The position numbers were made by a program, and so were the translations under genes. The notes below the pieces were generated by a model, which was given only the letters and a program-made list of their open reading frames with translations, did no database searches and was not told the DNA's origin. Source: an uncultured Gammaproteobacteria bacterium (lineage in GTDB: Bacteria; Patescibacteriota; Microgenomatia; UBA12405; JAHJSD01). Taken from it: DNA of 64,000 nucleotides. The first letter of the stretch is position 1. The number at the start of each line of letters is the position of its first letter. The stretch is taken from contig CAYRYE010000001.1 of the NCBI GenBank assembly GCA_964428655.1, forward strand, positions 9,328 through 73,327, given 5' to 3'. Below, in pieces: positions 19,189-28,907 of this stretch.

Positions 19189-20037
19189 TTAGCTCTTGGT
19201 TGTAATTTTTAACGGTGAGATTACTTTGCCTTCTACCTTGATTTTGATTATATCAAACTGATAGCTTTCTTTTTCTGCCAATATTAGGTATTCACCATTG
19301 GCCAGAGGAGTGGCGGTTTTGAATTGTCCTAATTGATTGGTTCGTAAGGCTCGAACCGGGTTTTCAGAGATGTCTTGAATTTCAATAATTACATCTTCCA
19401 TGATTTTTCCGTCTTGATTTGTAACCATACCAACAATAATATTAGGGGTTGTTGGTGGTTGGGGCATAGGTATTTCCCCGAAAGCAGCTTCAATAGTTGG
19501 TTTCGGTGTCACCACAGTTTTAGGAATGTCGATTTCTACTCTAGGAGTGATGGTTGTTTTTCTTTCGGGTGGCTTTTGAATTTGAACAGGAGCAGTAACT
19601 TCTTTTTTCTGATCAGTCTTTTTTTGTTTTTTGGGAAGCGAGGCAAGAAACTCTTCTAATTGAGGTTTTTTTGATATAATGGGCTCTTCTTCTTCTTCTT
19701 CTTCCTCCTCCTCTTCTTTAAAGCTCGTGTCAAAGATATCTAGTGTGGTTAGTTGTTTTTGCCAGAGATAAATTGTTGGCGAAAGGACGCTTTTGACAAA
19801 AGCAAAAATCCAGACCTCTAGTGGTCTTTCATTGACAGGTAAGAAAGCTAGGGCGATTCCAAGGAGGCCAAAACTTAAAACTAAGGGCCATTTTATAATA
19901 AAAGATAGATGACTGGAGTAAAAAATAAAGGCAATAACTAGACCACCGGCAACCTTAAAAAACTGCTTCAAAGTCATATTTCCTACTAGTCGAAACTCGT
20001 AGGAAGAAATTTGTTGTGGGATGGGATGTTGTTCCAT
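19189..20037 (-). CDS. PrgI-family (VirB3-like) membrane protein with poly-Glu linker and C-terminal beta-sandwich (carboxypeptidase-regulatory-like) domain
   Basis: N-terminus ...ISSYEFRLVGNMTLKQFFKVAGGLVIAFIFY plus a second TM helix matches the PrgI/VirB3-like pattern. It sits directly upstream of virB4, as in Gram-positive T4SS. The EEEEEEEEEEE run is encoded by a GAA/GAG repeat at about 19690-19725. Confidence 0.6.
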   Translation of the reverse strand: MEQHPIPQQISSYEFRLVGNMTLKQFFKVAGGLVIAFIFYSSHLSFIIKWPLVLSFGLLGIALAFLPVNERPLEVWIFAFVKSVLSPTIYLWQKQLTTLDIFDTSFKEEEEEEEEEEEPIISKKPQLEEFLASLPKKQKKTDQKKEVTAPVQIQKPPERKTTITPRVEIDIPKTVVTPKPTIEAAFGEIPMPQPPTTPNIIVGMVTNQDGKIMEDVIIEIQDISENPVRALRTNQLGQFKTATPLANGEYLILAEKESYQFDIIKIKVEGKVISPLKITTKS

Positions 20038-20091
20038 CGTTATTTCATTTTAAAGGAGTGAGTATTAAGTAGCAAGTAAGATGAGATATAA

Positions 20092-20994
20092 TTGTTTATG
20101 TTCAGATTGGTTTTAATTGATTCTCACGCTCTTCTTCATCGGGCTTATCATGCTTTGCCAAAACTAAATTTCAAACGGAGCGGACGATTGGTCAATGCCG
20201 TTTATGGTTTTTTTAGTATGCTCTTGAAGGCTATTTCTGAACTTAAGCCTGATTATCTAATTACTTGTTTTGATGCTCCAGCTCCTAATTTTAGACACCA
20301 AAAATTTGTTGGTTATCAGGCCAATCGGCCAAAGACAGAAGTTGAATTAGAGCCTCAAATTGATTTAGCCAGGAAAAGTTTGAAAGACGCAGGGATTCCA
20401 ACTTTAATGAAGCATGGTTTTGAAGCTGATGATTTGATTGGCACTATTGCTAGTAAATCTAAAACTAAAGAAGTGATCACAGTTACCGGAGATAGAGATT
20501 TAATGCAATTAGTTAACAAAAAAGTTAAGCTTTTTCTTTTAACTAAAGGAATTATCCAAGGAGAATTAATTGGCATTAAGGGAGTAAAAAAAAGTTTGGG
20601 TGTAAGGCCAGAACAGGTGGTTGATTATAAAGCTTTGGCTGGCGATCAATCGGACAATTATCCTGGTGTTCCTGGTGTTGGGCCCAAGACCGCTGTTAGT
20701 TTATTGAAACAATTTCATAATTTAAAACAAATCTATGGCCAATTAAAAAAAGTTGATTCAAGAATAAGAGAAAAATTGGAAAAGGGCAAGGAATCCGCGT
20801 TTTTATCCCGTCAGCTAGCAGAAATTGATCAGAATGTTCCGGTCAAGTTTTCTTTAACCGGAGCCAGCTGGGATCAGGAGAAATTATTGAGATTGAAATC
20901 AGTTTTAAAGGATTTAGGTTTCCCGTCGTTAGTGAAACGAATAGAGACTTATTTTGATCAGGGTAAATCAGAGGAGCAAATGAGATTAGTATGA
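20092..20994 (+). CDS. 5'-3' exonuclease / flap endonuclease (Pol I N-terminal-domain homolog)
   Basis: LVLIDSHALLHRAYHA, ...FDAPAPNFRHQKFVGYQANRPKTEVE..., helix-hairpin-helix GVPGVGPKTAVSLL. Confidence 0.85.
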   Translation: MFMFRLVLIDSHALLHRAYHALPKLNFKRSGRLVNAVYGFFSMLLKAISELKPDYLITCFDAPAPNFRHQKFVGYQANRPKTEVELEPQIDLARKSLKDAGIPTLMKHGFEADDLIGTIASKSKTKEVITVTGDRDLMQLVNKKVKLFLLTKGIIQGELIGIKGVKKSLGVRPEQVVDYKALAGDQSDNYPGVPGVGPKTAVSLLKQFHNLKQIYGQLKKVDSRIREKLEKGKESAFLSRQLAEIDQNVPVKFSLTGASWDQEKLLRLKSVLKDLGFPSLVKRIETYFDQGKSEEQMRLV

Positions 20995-21021
20995 GAGAAA
21001 TTGGCGAGGGAGAATAATGTC

Positions 21022-21050
21022 TTGATCTTTCAGATTAAGATTGGTACAAT
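21022..21050 (+). promoter_or_regulatory. Sigma70-like promoter upstream of 16S rRNA (TTGATC-N17-TACAAT with TGG extended -10)
   Basis: cTTGATCtttcagattaagatTGGTACAATatt located about 65 nt upstream of the 16S 5' end. Confidence 0.55.
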
Positions 21051-21077
21051 ATTATTGTACTTTAACAGCTAAATAAT

Positions 21078-21097
21078 GAGTCAAGATTGTTCGTGGC
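21078..21097 (+). promoter_or_regulatory. 5' half of the 16S precursor processing stem (pairs with 22638..22657)
   Basis: TCAAGATTGTTCGTGGCAGG is the exact reverse complement of CCTGCCACGAACAATCTTGA found 50 nt after the 16S 3' end. This is a 20-bp perfect RNase III-type stalk. Confidence 0.8.
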
Positions 21098-21112
21098 AGG
21101 ATATTTTTTATA

Positions 21113-22588
<1,476 letters not shown>

Positions 22589-22637
22589 CTAAGAGGAAAA
22601 TTTTTAATTTCTTTAAATCCTGTTTTAAACAGGTAGT

Positions 22638-22657
22638 ATTCCTGCCACGAACAATCT
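22638..22657 (+). promoter_or_regulatory. 3' half of the 16S processing stem
   Basis: Exact complement of 21078..21097. Confidence 0.8.
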
Positions 22658-22735
22658 TGATTTAAAAATTAGTAAATAGTGATTAGCAGTCTTGAACTTT
22701 TCACTACTTTTTATAAACCTATTTCCTGCTTCTTT

Positions 22736-23467
22736 ATGGTATCTAAAAAAACGGTTGGCCATTATTATAAGCTTGATTCCAAGTGCATTCCTTATCACAT
22801 TGCTATCATCATGGATGGAAACAGGCGTTGGGCGGCGGAGAGAAATTTGTCACCAATCAAGGGTCACGAGTCAGGAGCGAAGAACCTGGCTAGACTAGTT
22901 GAGTACTGTGAAAAATTGGGGGTTAAGTATTTAACAGTTTATGCTCTCTCAACTGAAAATTGGCGTAAACGAGCTAAGAGAGAAGTAAAAGGTATTTTTG
23001 ATCTTCTAATAAAAATTGCTAAAGAAAAAAGCAAAGAGTATAGAAAAAAAGGGATCAAGTTTTTTGTTTTAGGTAATTTTCAAGCTTTTCCTCTTCGGGT
23101 TAAACGAACAATAGGTGAAGTTTTAAAAGTTGTTTTAAAACATGAGCGCATGAAGTTTAATGTTGCTTTGAATTATGGTGGTAGAGACGAGTTGATCAGG
23201 GCGATTAGAAAAATGATTAAGGATGGTGTAAGGCCAATAGAAGTTAACGAAAAGCTGGTTGCGCGCTATTTAGATACCAGTGGCCAACCGGATCCAGATC
23301 TAATTATTCGAACTGGTGGTGAGATTCGACTTTCCAACTTTCTCATTTGGCAGATGTCTTATGCGGAACTCTATTTCACTGATACTTTTTGGCCGGATTT
23401 TGGACCAAAGGAATTAGAAAAAGCAATTTATGATTACCAAAAAAGACAGAGACGTTTTGGGGGGTGA
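22736..23467 (+). CDS. uppS: Isoprenyl transferase (undecaprenyl-diphosphate synthase)
   Basis: HIAIIMDGNRRWA and LTVYALSTENWKR-type motifs, plus C-terminal RFGG. Start trimmed to MVSKK.. Confidence 0.9.
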   Translation: MVSKKTVGHYYKLDSKCIPYHIAIIMDGNRRWAAERNLSPIKGHESGAKNLARLVEYCEKLGVKYLTVYALSTENWRKRAKREVKGIFDLLIKIAKEKSKEYRKKGIKFFVLGNFQAFPLRVKRTIGEVLKVVLKHERMKFNVALNYGGRDELIRAIRKMIKDGVRPIEVNEKLVARYLDTSGQPDPDLIIRTGGEIRLSNFLIWQMSYAELYFTDTFWPDFGPKELEKAIYDYQKRQRRFGG

Positions 23468-23477
23468 TTAAATGGTT

Positions 23478-23780
23478 TTAGAGAATTGTGAGACCGAAAA
23501 TAACTTCGACGATTTGGACAATCCAGTAGGCGGAAAAGACTACTAAAAAACCAATAATGGCAAAGACAATTTTATTGGTTCCTTCTTTAATTCCATTTGG
23601 TTCTCCTCCGGAAGTTAGAAGCTGAAACCCTCCCAATAAAAGATAGACAAACATAGCTAAACCAGCAAAGACCAGAGCATATTTTAAAGTTTCGGAAGCA
23701 ATTCCTCCTAAAGTAGAAACTTCTGGCTTTATACCAACAATTTTAGGATCAGGAATGGTAACTTGGGCAAAAACCTTCAC
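23478..23780 (-). CDS. VirB2/TrbC-like two-helix pilin-type protein (paralog 1 of 8)
   Basis: About 100 aa: hydrophobic helix, GG...SGGEPNGIKEGTNKIVFAIIGFLVV, second helix. N-terminus MKVFAQ.. nearly identical to the paralog at 59707..60045. Confidence 0.55.
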   Translation of the reverse strand: MKVFAQVTIPDPKIVGIKPEVSTLGGIASETLKYALVFAGLAMFVYLLLGGFQLLTSGGEPNGIKEGTNKIVFAIIGFLVVFSAYWIVQIVEVIFGLTIL

Positions 23781-24088
23781 TTTTGTAACCCTGGGATATG
23801 TAAAATGTCAACCCCAATTAGTCTTAATAGAAACAGAGAGAAGATAGCGAGTAGTAAACCAGTAATAGCACTAGTAATTGTTTCTTGCCCTCCTTTGATT
23901 TTTTGAGGATCACCTGCTGAAGTAATAATTAAGATGCCGCCGTAGATTATTAATAAAAAAGCTATACCTCCAATAGCTCCTATCAATCTTGGTAAGAACC
24001 ATTCGATGAAATTATTTGGAGAGTTAATAGGAATACAACCAATAGCGGTATTGATCCCATCTTCTCCACTGCAAAAAATTTGAGCCAT
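23777..24088 (-). CDS. VirB2/TrbC-like pilin-type protein (paralog 2 of 8)
   Basis: ..LLIIYGGILIITSAGDPQKIKGGQETITSAITGLLLAIFSLFLLRLIGVDILHIPGLQK, the same architecture and C-terminal (I/L)L.IP motif as the 58.9-61.1 kb array. Confidence 0.55.
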   Translation of the reverse strand: MAQIFCSGEDGINTAIGCIPINSPNNFIEWFLPRLIGAIGGIAFLLIIYGGILIITSAGDPQKIKGGQETITSAITGLLLAIFSLFLLRLIGVDILHIPGLQK

Positions 24089-24145
24089 TGGCTAAATTAT
24101 AACCCAGTGTTTATCGGCTAGCAAGTGAAATGAAAATTTCATATA

Positions 24146-26002
24146 ATGGACTTAATGTATGCGGAAGTGAAGCAAATTCTAGGTACTCCCAGTGATTCCT
24201 CTTGGAGTCAGGTTCATCATTTTCTACCCAAGGAGGAGAAAAAGTGGGAAAAAAAGGGAGAATTAATTCTCTTGGTTAGTCTTGGGACCGCGAGCGAAGA
24301 TCAGAAGATATTCAGCTTAGGCAGAGAAATGCTTTCTCGTTTTCACGAAGAGTACTACGGTAATCCTACCAGAAAGCCAATGATTTCCCTAAAGGAGGCT
24401 TTGTCTAGGGTAGGTCAAGAGAAATCGCAATATTTTGAAAATCCTAAAGAAATTTCTTTGCTAGCTTTAGTGATTTGGAAAAATATTGCCTACTTAGGTA
24501 TTTGGCATCAGGGCAAGATTTTGTTCCGTCGTAACGGTAAATTAACAACATTGATTCAGGGCGAAATTGGTCAAGTTAAAGTAGCCTCCGGATTTATTCA
24601 GGCAGGCGATGTTTTTCTTTTAGCAACAGACAGTTTTTTTGAAAATATTCCCAAGGGAATGGTTACTGCCTCTTTGAACAGTGAGGATTTAGAGACCGTT
24701 GTTGAAGTATTGGCTCCCGTTGTTCATGCTCGAGAAAAGCAGGGTAATTTGGCAGCGGTTTTAGCAAAAATAACTGATTCGCCCTTAATCGGGCCAGAAC
24801 CCAGCGAGGAGAAAGAAGTTTCGAAAGGAGCGTTACTAGCAAGATGGGGAGAGGCTTTATTAAAAAGGCTAAAAAAATTAAAGTCTTTAAAAAAAGTTAA
24901 GTTAAATTTTTCCCGTTGGCTAAAAAACATTCACCCAAAAACTTCAGCTTTGACAGTGGCTCTGGGCTTTTTACTGCTTTTAATTGTTTCTGTTTTTTTA
25001 GGCTGGCAAAAGAAAACTAAGCAGAAGCGGTTAACAGAAATTGACAAGTTGTCATCTTTGATTGAAGAAAAACTGAAAACAGCGGTAGTAATTAAAAACC
25101 TGGATCTGGACAATAGTTTAAAACTGACTAATGAGGCTAAAGATGTTGTTGAGCAACTTAGGATATTGGATGCTGCTAAAGCAGATTCTTTTCAGACTAA
25201 AATTGACTCTTTGGCTTCAGTTTTAGGTGGAGAGGCAGTGTTTCCTCAACTTTATTATGACCTTAATCTCATTGGTGAAAATGTTAGCGTCAGAAATGCT
25301 TTTAGCCAAACAGAAGAAACAATCGTTCTTGATGGAGAGGGTAAGAGGCTAATCAGTTTAGATCTAGAAAAAAAATCAGGGGAAGTTATTGCTGGCGGAG
25401 AAAAATTGGCTGACCAAAGATTAGTGGTTAGTTCCAGTAATCGTGTTTACACCATTGACGACAGTATTTACTTGCTTAAAGGTAAAAAGTTGGAGATTGT
25501 TGATCAATTGGGAGAAAATGATCAAATTATTGCCGCTGATAGCTGGTTAGGAAAACTTTATCTTTTGGATAAAAACAGCAAACAGATTTGGAAATATCCT
25601 GTTGTAGCTGATGGTTTGGGATCGAGAAAGGCTTGGTTTAAAACCTCGCCAAATTTTGATTTTGGTTCAATTGTTGATATGGGTATTGATGGCCATATTT
25701 GGTTGCTTTTAGAAAGCGGACGGATTTATAAATTCTTGTCTGGCGGACAAGATAAGTTTGGTCAGCAATTGCCTTCTGGCGTTGGTAAGGCAAGTTTTTT
25801 AGCAGTAGCTCAAGAGAGCGAAAAGATTGTTTTTTGGGATCAAGGAAAGAAAATGATTTGGGTTTTTAATAAAAAAGGAGAGTTTATTTCCAGAACTCCT
25901 ATTGCTCTAGACCAGATCAGTGATTTGACAGTTTCTCCAAAGGGAGACAAAGTTTTTCTTTTTGCTAAGGATAAAATTTACCTTCTTTCAATCAAAGATT
26001 AA
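24146..26002 (+). CDS. Hypothetical single-pass membrane protein; N-terminal cytoplasmic domain possibly a degenerate PP2C-like fold, C-terminal extracellular beta-rich domain
   Basis: A central TM helix TSALTVALGFLLLLIVSVFLGW. N-terminal ...GDVFLLATDSFFE... is weakly PPM-like. No confident family assignment. Confidence 0.35.
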   Translation: MDLMYAEVKQILGTPSDSSWSQVHHFLPKEEKKWEKKGELILLVSLGTASEDQKIFSLGREMLSRFHEEYYGNPTRKPMISLKEALSRVGQEKSQYFENPKEISLLALVIWKNIAYLGIWHQGKILFRRNGKLTTLIQGEIGQVKVASGFIQAGDVFLLATDSFFENIPKGMVTASLNSEDLETVVEVLAPVVHAREKQGNLAAVLAKITDSPLIGPEPSEEKEVSKGALLARWGEALLKRLKKLKSLKKVKLNFSRWLKNIHPKTSALTVALGFLLLLIVSVFLGWQKKTKQKRLTEIDKLSSLIEEKLKTAVVIKNLDLDNSLKLTNEAKDVVEQLRILDAAKADSFQTKIDSLASVLGGEAVFPQLYYDLNLIGENVSVRNAFSQTEETIVLDGEGKRLISLDLEKKSGEVIAGGEKLADQRLVVSSSNRVYTIDDSIYLLKGKKLEIVDQLGENDQIIAADSWLGKLYLLDKNSKQIWKYPVVADGLGSRKAWFKTSPNFDFGSIVDMGIDGHIWLLLESGRIYKFLSGGQDKFGQQLPSGVGKASFLAVAQESEKIVFWDQGKKMIWVFNKKGEFISRTPIALDQISDLTVSPKGDKVFLFAKDKIYLLSIKD

Positions 26003-27723
26003 TGAAAAGAAAGATTTTCGTTTTTATCTTGCTTCTATTTTTTTTACCATTTTTGGCTTTTGCTGTAGAGTGTCGTAAAGATTGTGGAACAATTGAGGAA
26101 TGTGGCCGTTTTATTGATGAATGCTCCGAAGTTTTAGGTCTTTATGAAAGCGCTAATTTAAAAAATAGGGAAACTTTGACTGAGTTTGAAACTCAAGTGA
26201 AGAGATTTGAGCAGATGATTAAATCTGCGGCAAAACAGATAAATGATTTATGGGAAAATATTATTGATCGGGAAGCGGATTTAGAGATTCAAAGAATTCT
26301 TTTAAACGAGCGAATCCGCCGCCTCTATATTCATCAGCGGGGTTTTTCTACCTTGACTATTCTTTTTGCTTCTCAAAACAGCGGCCATTTTATTCGCACT
26401 CTTTTCTATCAGCAATTAGTGGCCAATGAGGATAAAAAAGCAATTGAAGATTTGACCCAGCAGATAGGCAAACTTCAAGAAGACAAAGATAGACTGGAAA
26501 AACATCAAATTTGGTTAACGGCCAAGAAAAAAGAGGCGGAAAAACAAGCTGCTTTTTTTAGAGAAGAAGTCGAAGAAGCGGAGGGTTACATTAGTGTCCT
26601 TTCTTCAACTATCAGTAGCTTAACTACCAAACAAAAGAATCTCTTGACTGCCCGATCAGGGACTTTTACCAGTAGCGTTGGTGAAGTTCCTATTAGTAGT
26701 ATTCCTTGTTCTGGGCCTTCAGGCAGCCCTACTTTTTGTGATCCTGGTGGCGGAGATTGGTTTGGAGCTTTTTCTTTTGGCGGTTGGACTCATCGTAAAG
26801 GTATGAGTCAATACGGGGCTAAAGGTCAAGCTGATGCGGGCCAGAATTGTCAACAGATTCTTCAAGCTTATTACGGCAAGACATCAATTAATAAAGATAC
26901 TAACGGCGCTATTTCTGTTTCCGGTTATGGCAATCTTAATTTTGAAGATTATTATTTGATGGGAATTGCTGAAATGCCTTCTTCCTGGCACAAGGAAGCC
27001 TTAAAAGCTCAGGCAATCGCCGCCAGAACTTATGCTTATCGGTATAAAGTTGAGGGAAAAACCATTTGCACTACCGAGTCTTGCCAGGTTTTTTCCAAGA
27101 GTAAAGCGGATCAGGTTTCTGGAAACTCTGGTCATGCTTGGCATCAAGCGGTTAAAGAAACCAGAGGTCAAGTCATTGAAGATGTGGTTACTTATTATTC
27201 TTCAACTGCCGGTGGCTATTTGACTACTTCTGGTTGGGACACTACCGATGGTCAAGGTGGAGAAGGTTTTGCCAGTCGGGCCTGGGAAAGTAAAGCTGGT
27301 TCGCCGTGGTTTTATAGCAGTTGGTTTACTCAAACTTATAATTCCGGTTCAGCCAAGTGCGGCCGGTCTCATCCTTGGTTAAATTCTGAAGAAATGGCTG
27401 ATATTTTAAATGCCTGGCTGGTGGGCAATGATGAAAGAATTTTGCCGGTAACTATTAATCAATGTACTATTGGTGGAGTTACTGGCAATCCTTATTCTAT
27501 GGATGAATTGAGGAACAAAGCTAATGAGAAAGGTGGTGCTTTCACCAGTGTTAGCACAGCTTCGGTTGTTTACGGTAACGATGGAGCAACTAATTCAGTT
27601 ACTTTTAACACTAATAAAGGTTCGATAACTGTCTCGGGATCAGAGTTTAAGCAAGCTTTTAATCTCCGCGCTCCCGGCTACATTGCCATCCGCAGCCCAT
27701 TGTTTAATATTGAAAAAAAGTGA
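26002..27723 (+). CDS. Secreted coiled-coil protein with C-terminal SpoIID/LytB-family domain (peptidoglycan remodelling)
   Basis: Signal peptide; about 200-aa coiled coil; then GMSQYGAKGQA..., ALKAQAIAARTYA and ...YSSTAGGY motifs characteristic of SpoIID/LytB. Confidence 0.7.
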   Translation: MKRKIFVFILLLFFLPFLAFAVECRKDCGTIEECGRFIDECSEVLGLYESANLKNRETLTEFETQVKRFEQMIKSAAKQINDLWENIIDREADLEIQRILLNERIRRLYIHQRGFSTLTILFASQNSGHFIRTLFYQQLVANEDKKAIEDLTQQIGKLQEDKDRLEKHQIWLTAKKKEAEKQAAFFREEVEEAEGYISVLSSTISSLTTKQKNLLTARSGTFTSSVGEVPISSIPCSGPSGSPTFCDPGGGDWFGAFSFGGWTHRKGMSQYGAKGQADAGQNCQQILQAYYGKTSINKDTNGAISVSGYGNLNFEDYYLMGIAEMPSSWHKEALKAQAIAARTYAYRYKVEGKTICTTESCQVFSKSKADQVSGNSGHAWHQAVKETRGQVIEDVVTYYSSTAGGYLTTSGWDTTDGQGGEGFASRAWESKAGSPWFYSSWFTQTYNSGSAKCGRSHPWLNSEEMADILNAWLVGNDERILPVTINQCTIGGVTGNPYSMDELRNKANEKGGAFTSVSTASVVYGNDGATNSVTFNTNKGSITVSGSEFKQAFNLRAPGYIAIRSPLFNIEKK

Positions 27724-27751
27724 GCGTTCCACACTGGGTGTTGACACACTT

Positions 27752-28066
27752 TCATTCTGACCTTCTTCGAAGAATTCTTCCTAAACATTTTGGACCTAGA
27801 GTGCTTTTTTTAAGTATTTTTTCTGCCTTTTTCTGATCTTCACCAAAATAGTCTACTGTTACATTTAATGACCTTGCCAGCCTGATAGCATAATCAAGTG
27901 ACGGTCTGGTTCTACCATCTTCCACTTGCCAAAGGTATGGTCTTGATATTCCAGTACGTTGAGACACTTCTCTTCTTGTTAGGCCGCGTGTCCTTCTCAA
28001 TTTTTCAAGGCGAGCTCCAAATTGTCCCACTATTTGTTCTGCTTCTCTTTCTCTATTTCTGGTCAT
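27752..28066 (-). CDS. XRE-family helix-turn-helix transcriptional regulator
   Basis: LRRTRGLTRREVSQRTGISRPYLWQVEDGRTRPSLDYAIRLARSLNVTVDYF is a classic Cro/C1-type HTH. Confidence 0.8.
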   Translation of the reverse strand: MTRNREREAEQIVGQFGARLEKLRRTRGLTRREVSQRTGISRPYLWQVEDGRTRPSLDYAIRLARSLNVTVDYFGEDQKKAEKILKKSTLGPKCLGRILRRRSE

Positions 28067-28219
28067 GATGCTTTTTAACAAGGAATTGAATCCATTTCAA
28101 GCAAGATTTTTAAAGGTTATTTTTTCTATTGCAGGCTTAATTTAAAGACAAAATTTAATAAAAATCTTAAAAAAAGCATCTTTGAAGCTTGGGTTGGTTC
28201 GTGATATTATTCAGCCGCC

Positions 28220-28903
28220 ATGAAAAAATATAAATTTCCACGACTAACTGATATTTTGAAAGTTAAAGTTGGGACTAAATACGTTTGGGAAGAGAGAGTT
28301 AAACGTCAAGCAATGTCAGTTCATTTGTTAGAAGAGATTTATGACATTAAATTGAATTTCAGCGCTTTTTCTTTTTATCCTAATCGTCTTTATTTTGGCA
28401 TGCCGCTTAGTTGTTGTCCTGAATACGTTCGAAAAACAAAGCCTCTTTGGCGAAAAATTGTTAAGGTTTTTGAGAAGAATCGTTGGCATGTTTACGCTGC
28501 TTTTCAGCACATTGATCCCGGTAAAAGACTTTCCAGCAAATTTACTTCATTTGAAGATTTGGGTTATGGTTATACTCAATTATTACTTTCAGAATTAGCT
28601 CTAATGGATGTTAATTATCCTTCTCATGGGGTTGGGCGGCAATTGGAGCTGTCTCTTTTTCAGCCATTAATTGGTTTTTCCAAAAATTCAGTTTCCAGAA
28701 TGGTTAGTGGTCGGCCAGGAAGTTTGATTCTTAAATATGAAAGCGATGATAAATTATTAAATATGCTGGCTGAAATTTCCAAAAGAAAAAGTTATCGCGC
28801 TGAGCCATTTTACATTAAAAAATGTTTTATTCACCCACTAAAAACTATCTTTAAAGGTAAGATTTGTCTTAATTGTTTATTTAAAAATAAACTTCATTGT
28901 TAG
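28220..28903 (+). CDS. Hypothetical protein (227 aa, Cys-rich C-terminus), divergent from the XRE regulator
   Basis: No recognisable motifs; long ORF with typical local codon usage. Confidence 0.4.
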   Translation: MKKYKFPRLTDILKVKVGTKYVWEERVKRQAMSVHLLEEIYDIKLNFSAFSFYPNRLYFGMPLSCCPEYVRKTKPLWRKIVKVFEKNRWHVYAAFQHIDPGKRLSSKFTSFEDLGYGYTQLLLSELALMDVNYPSHGVGRQLELSLFQPLIGFSKNSVSRMVSGRPGSLILKYESDDKLLNMLAEISKRKSYRAEPFYIKKCFIHPLKTIFKGKICLNCLFKNKLHC

Positions 28904-28907
28904 TTTT

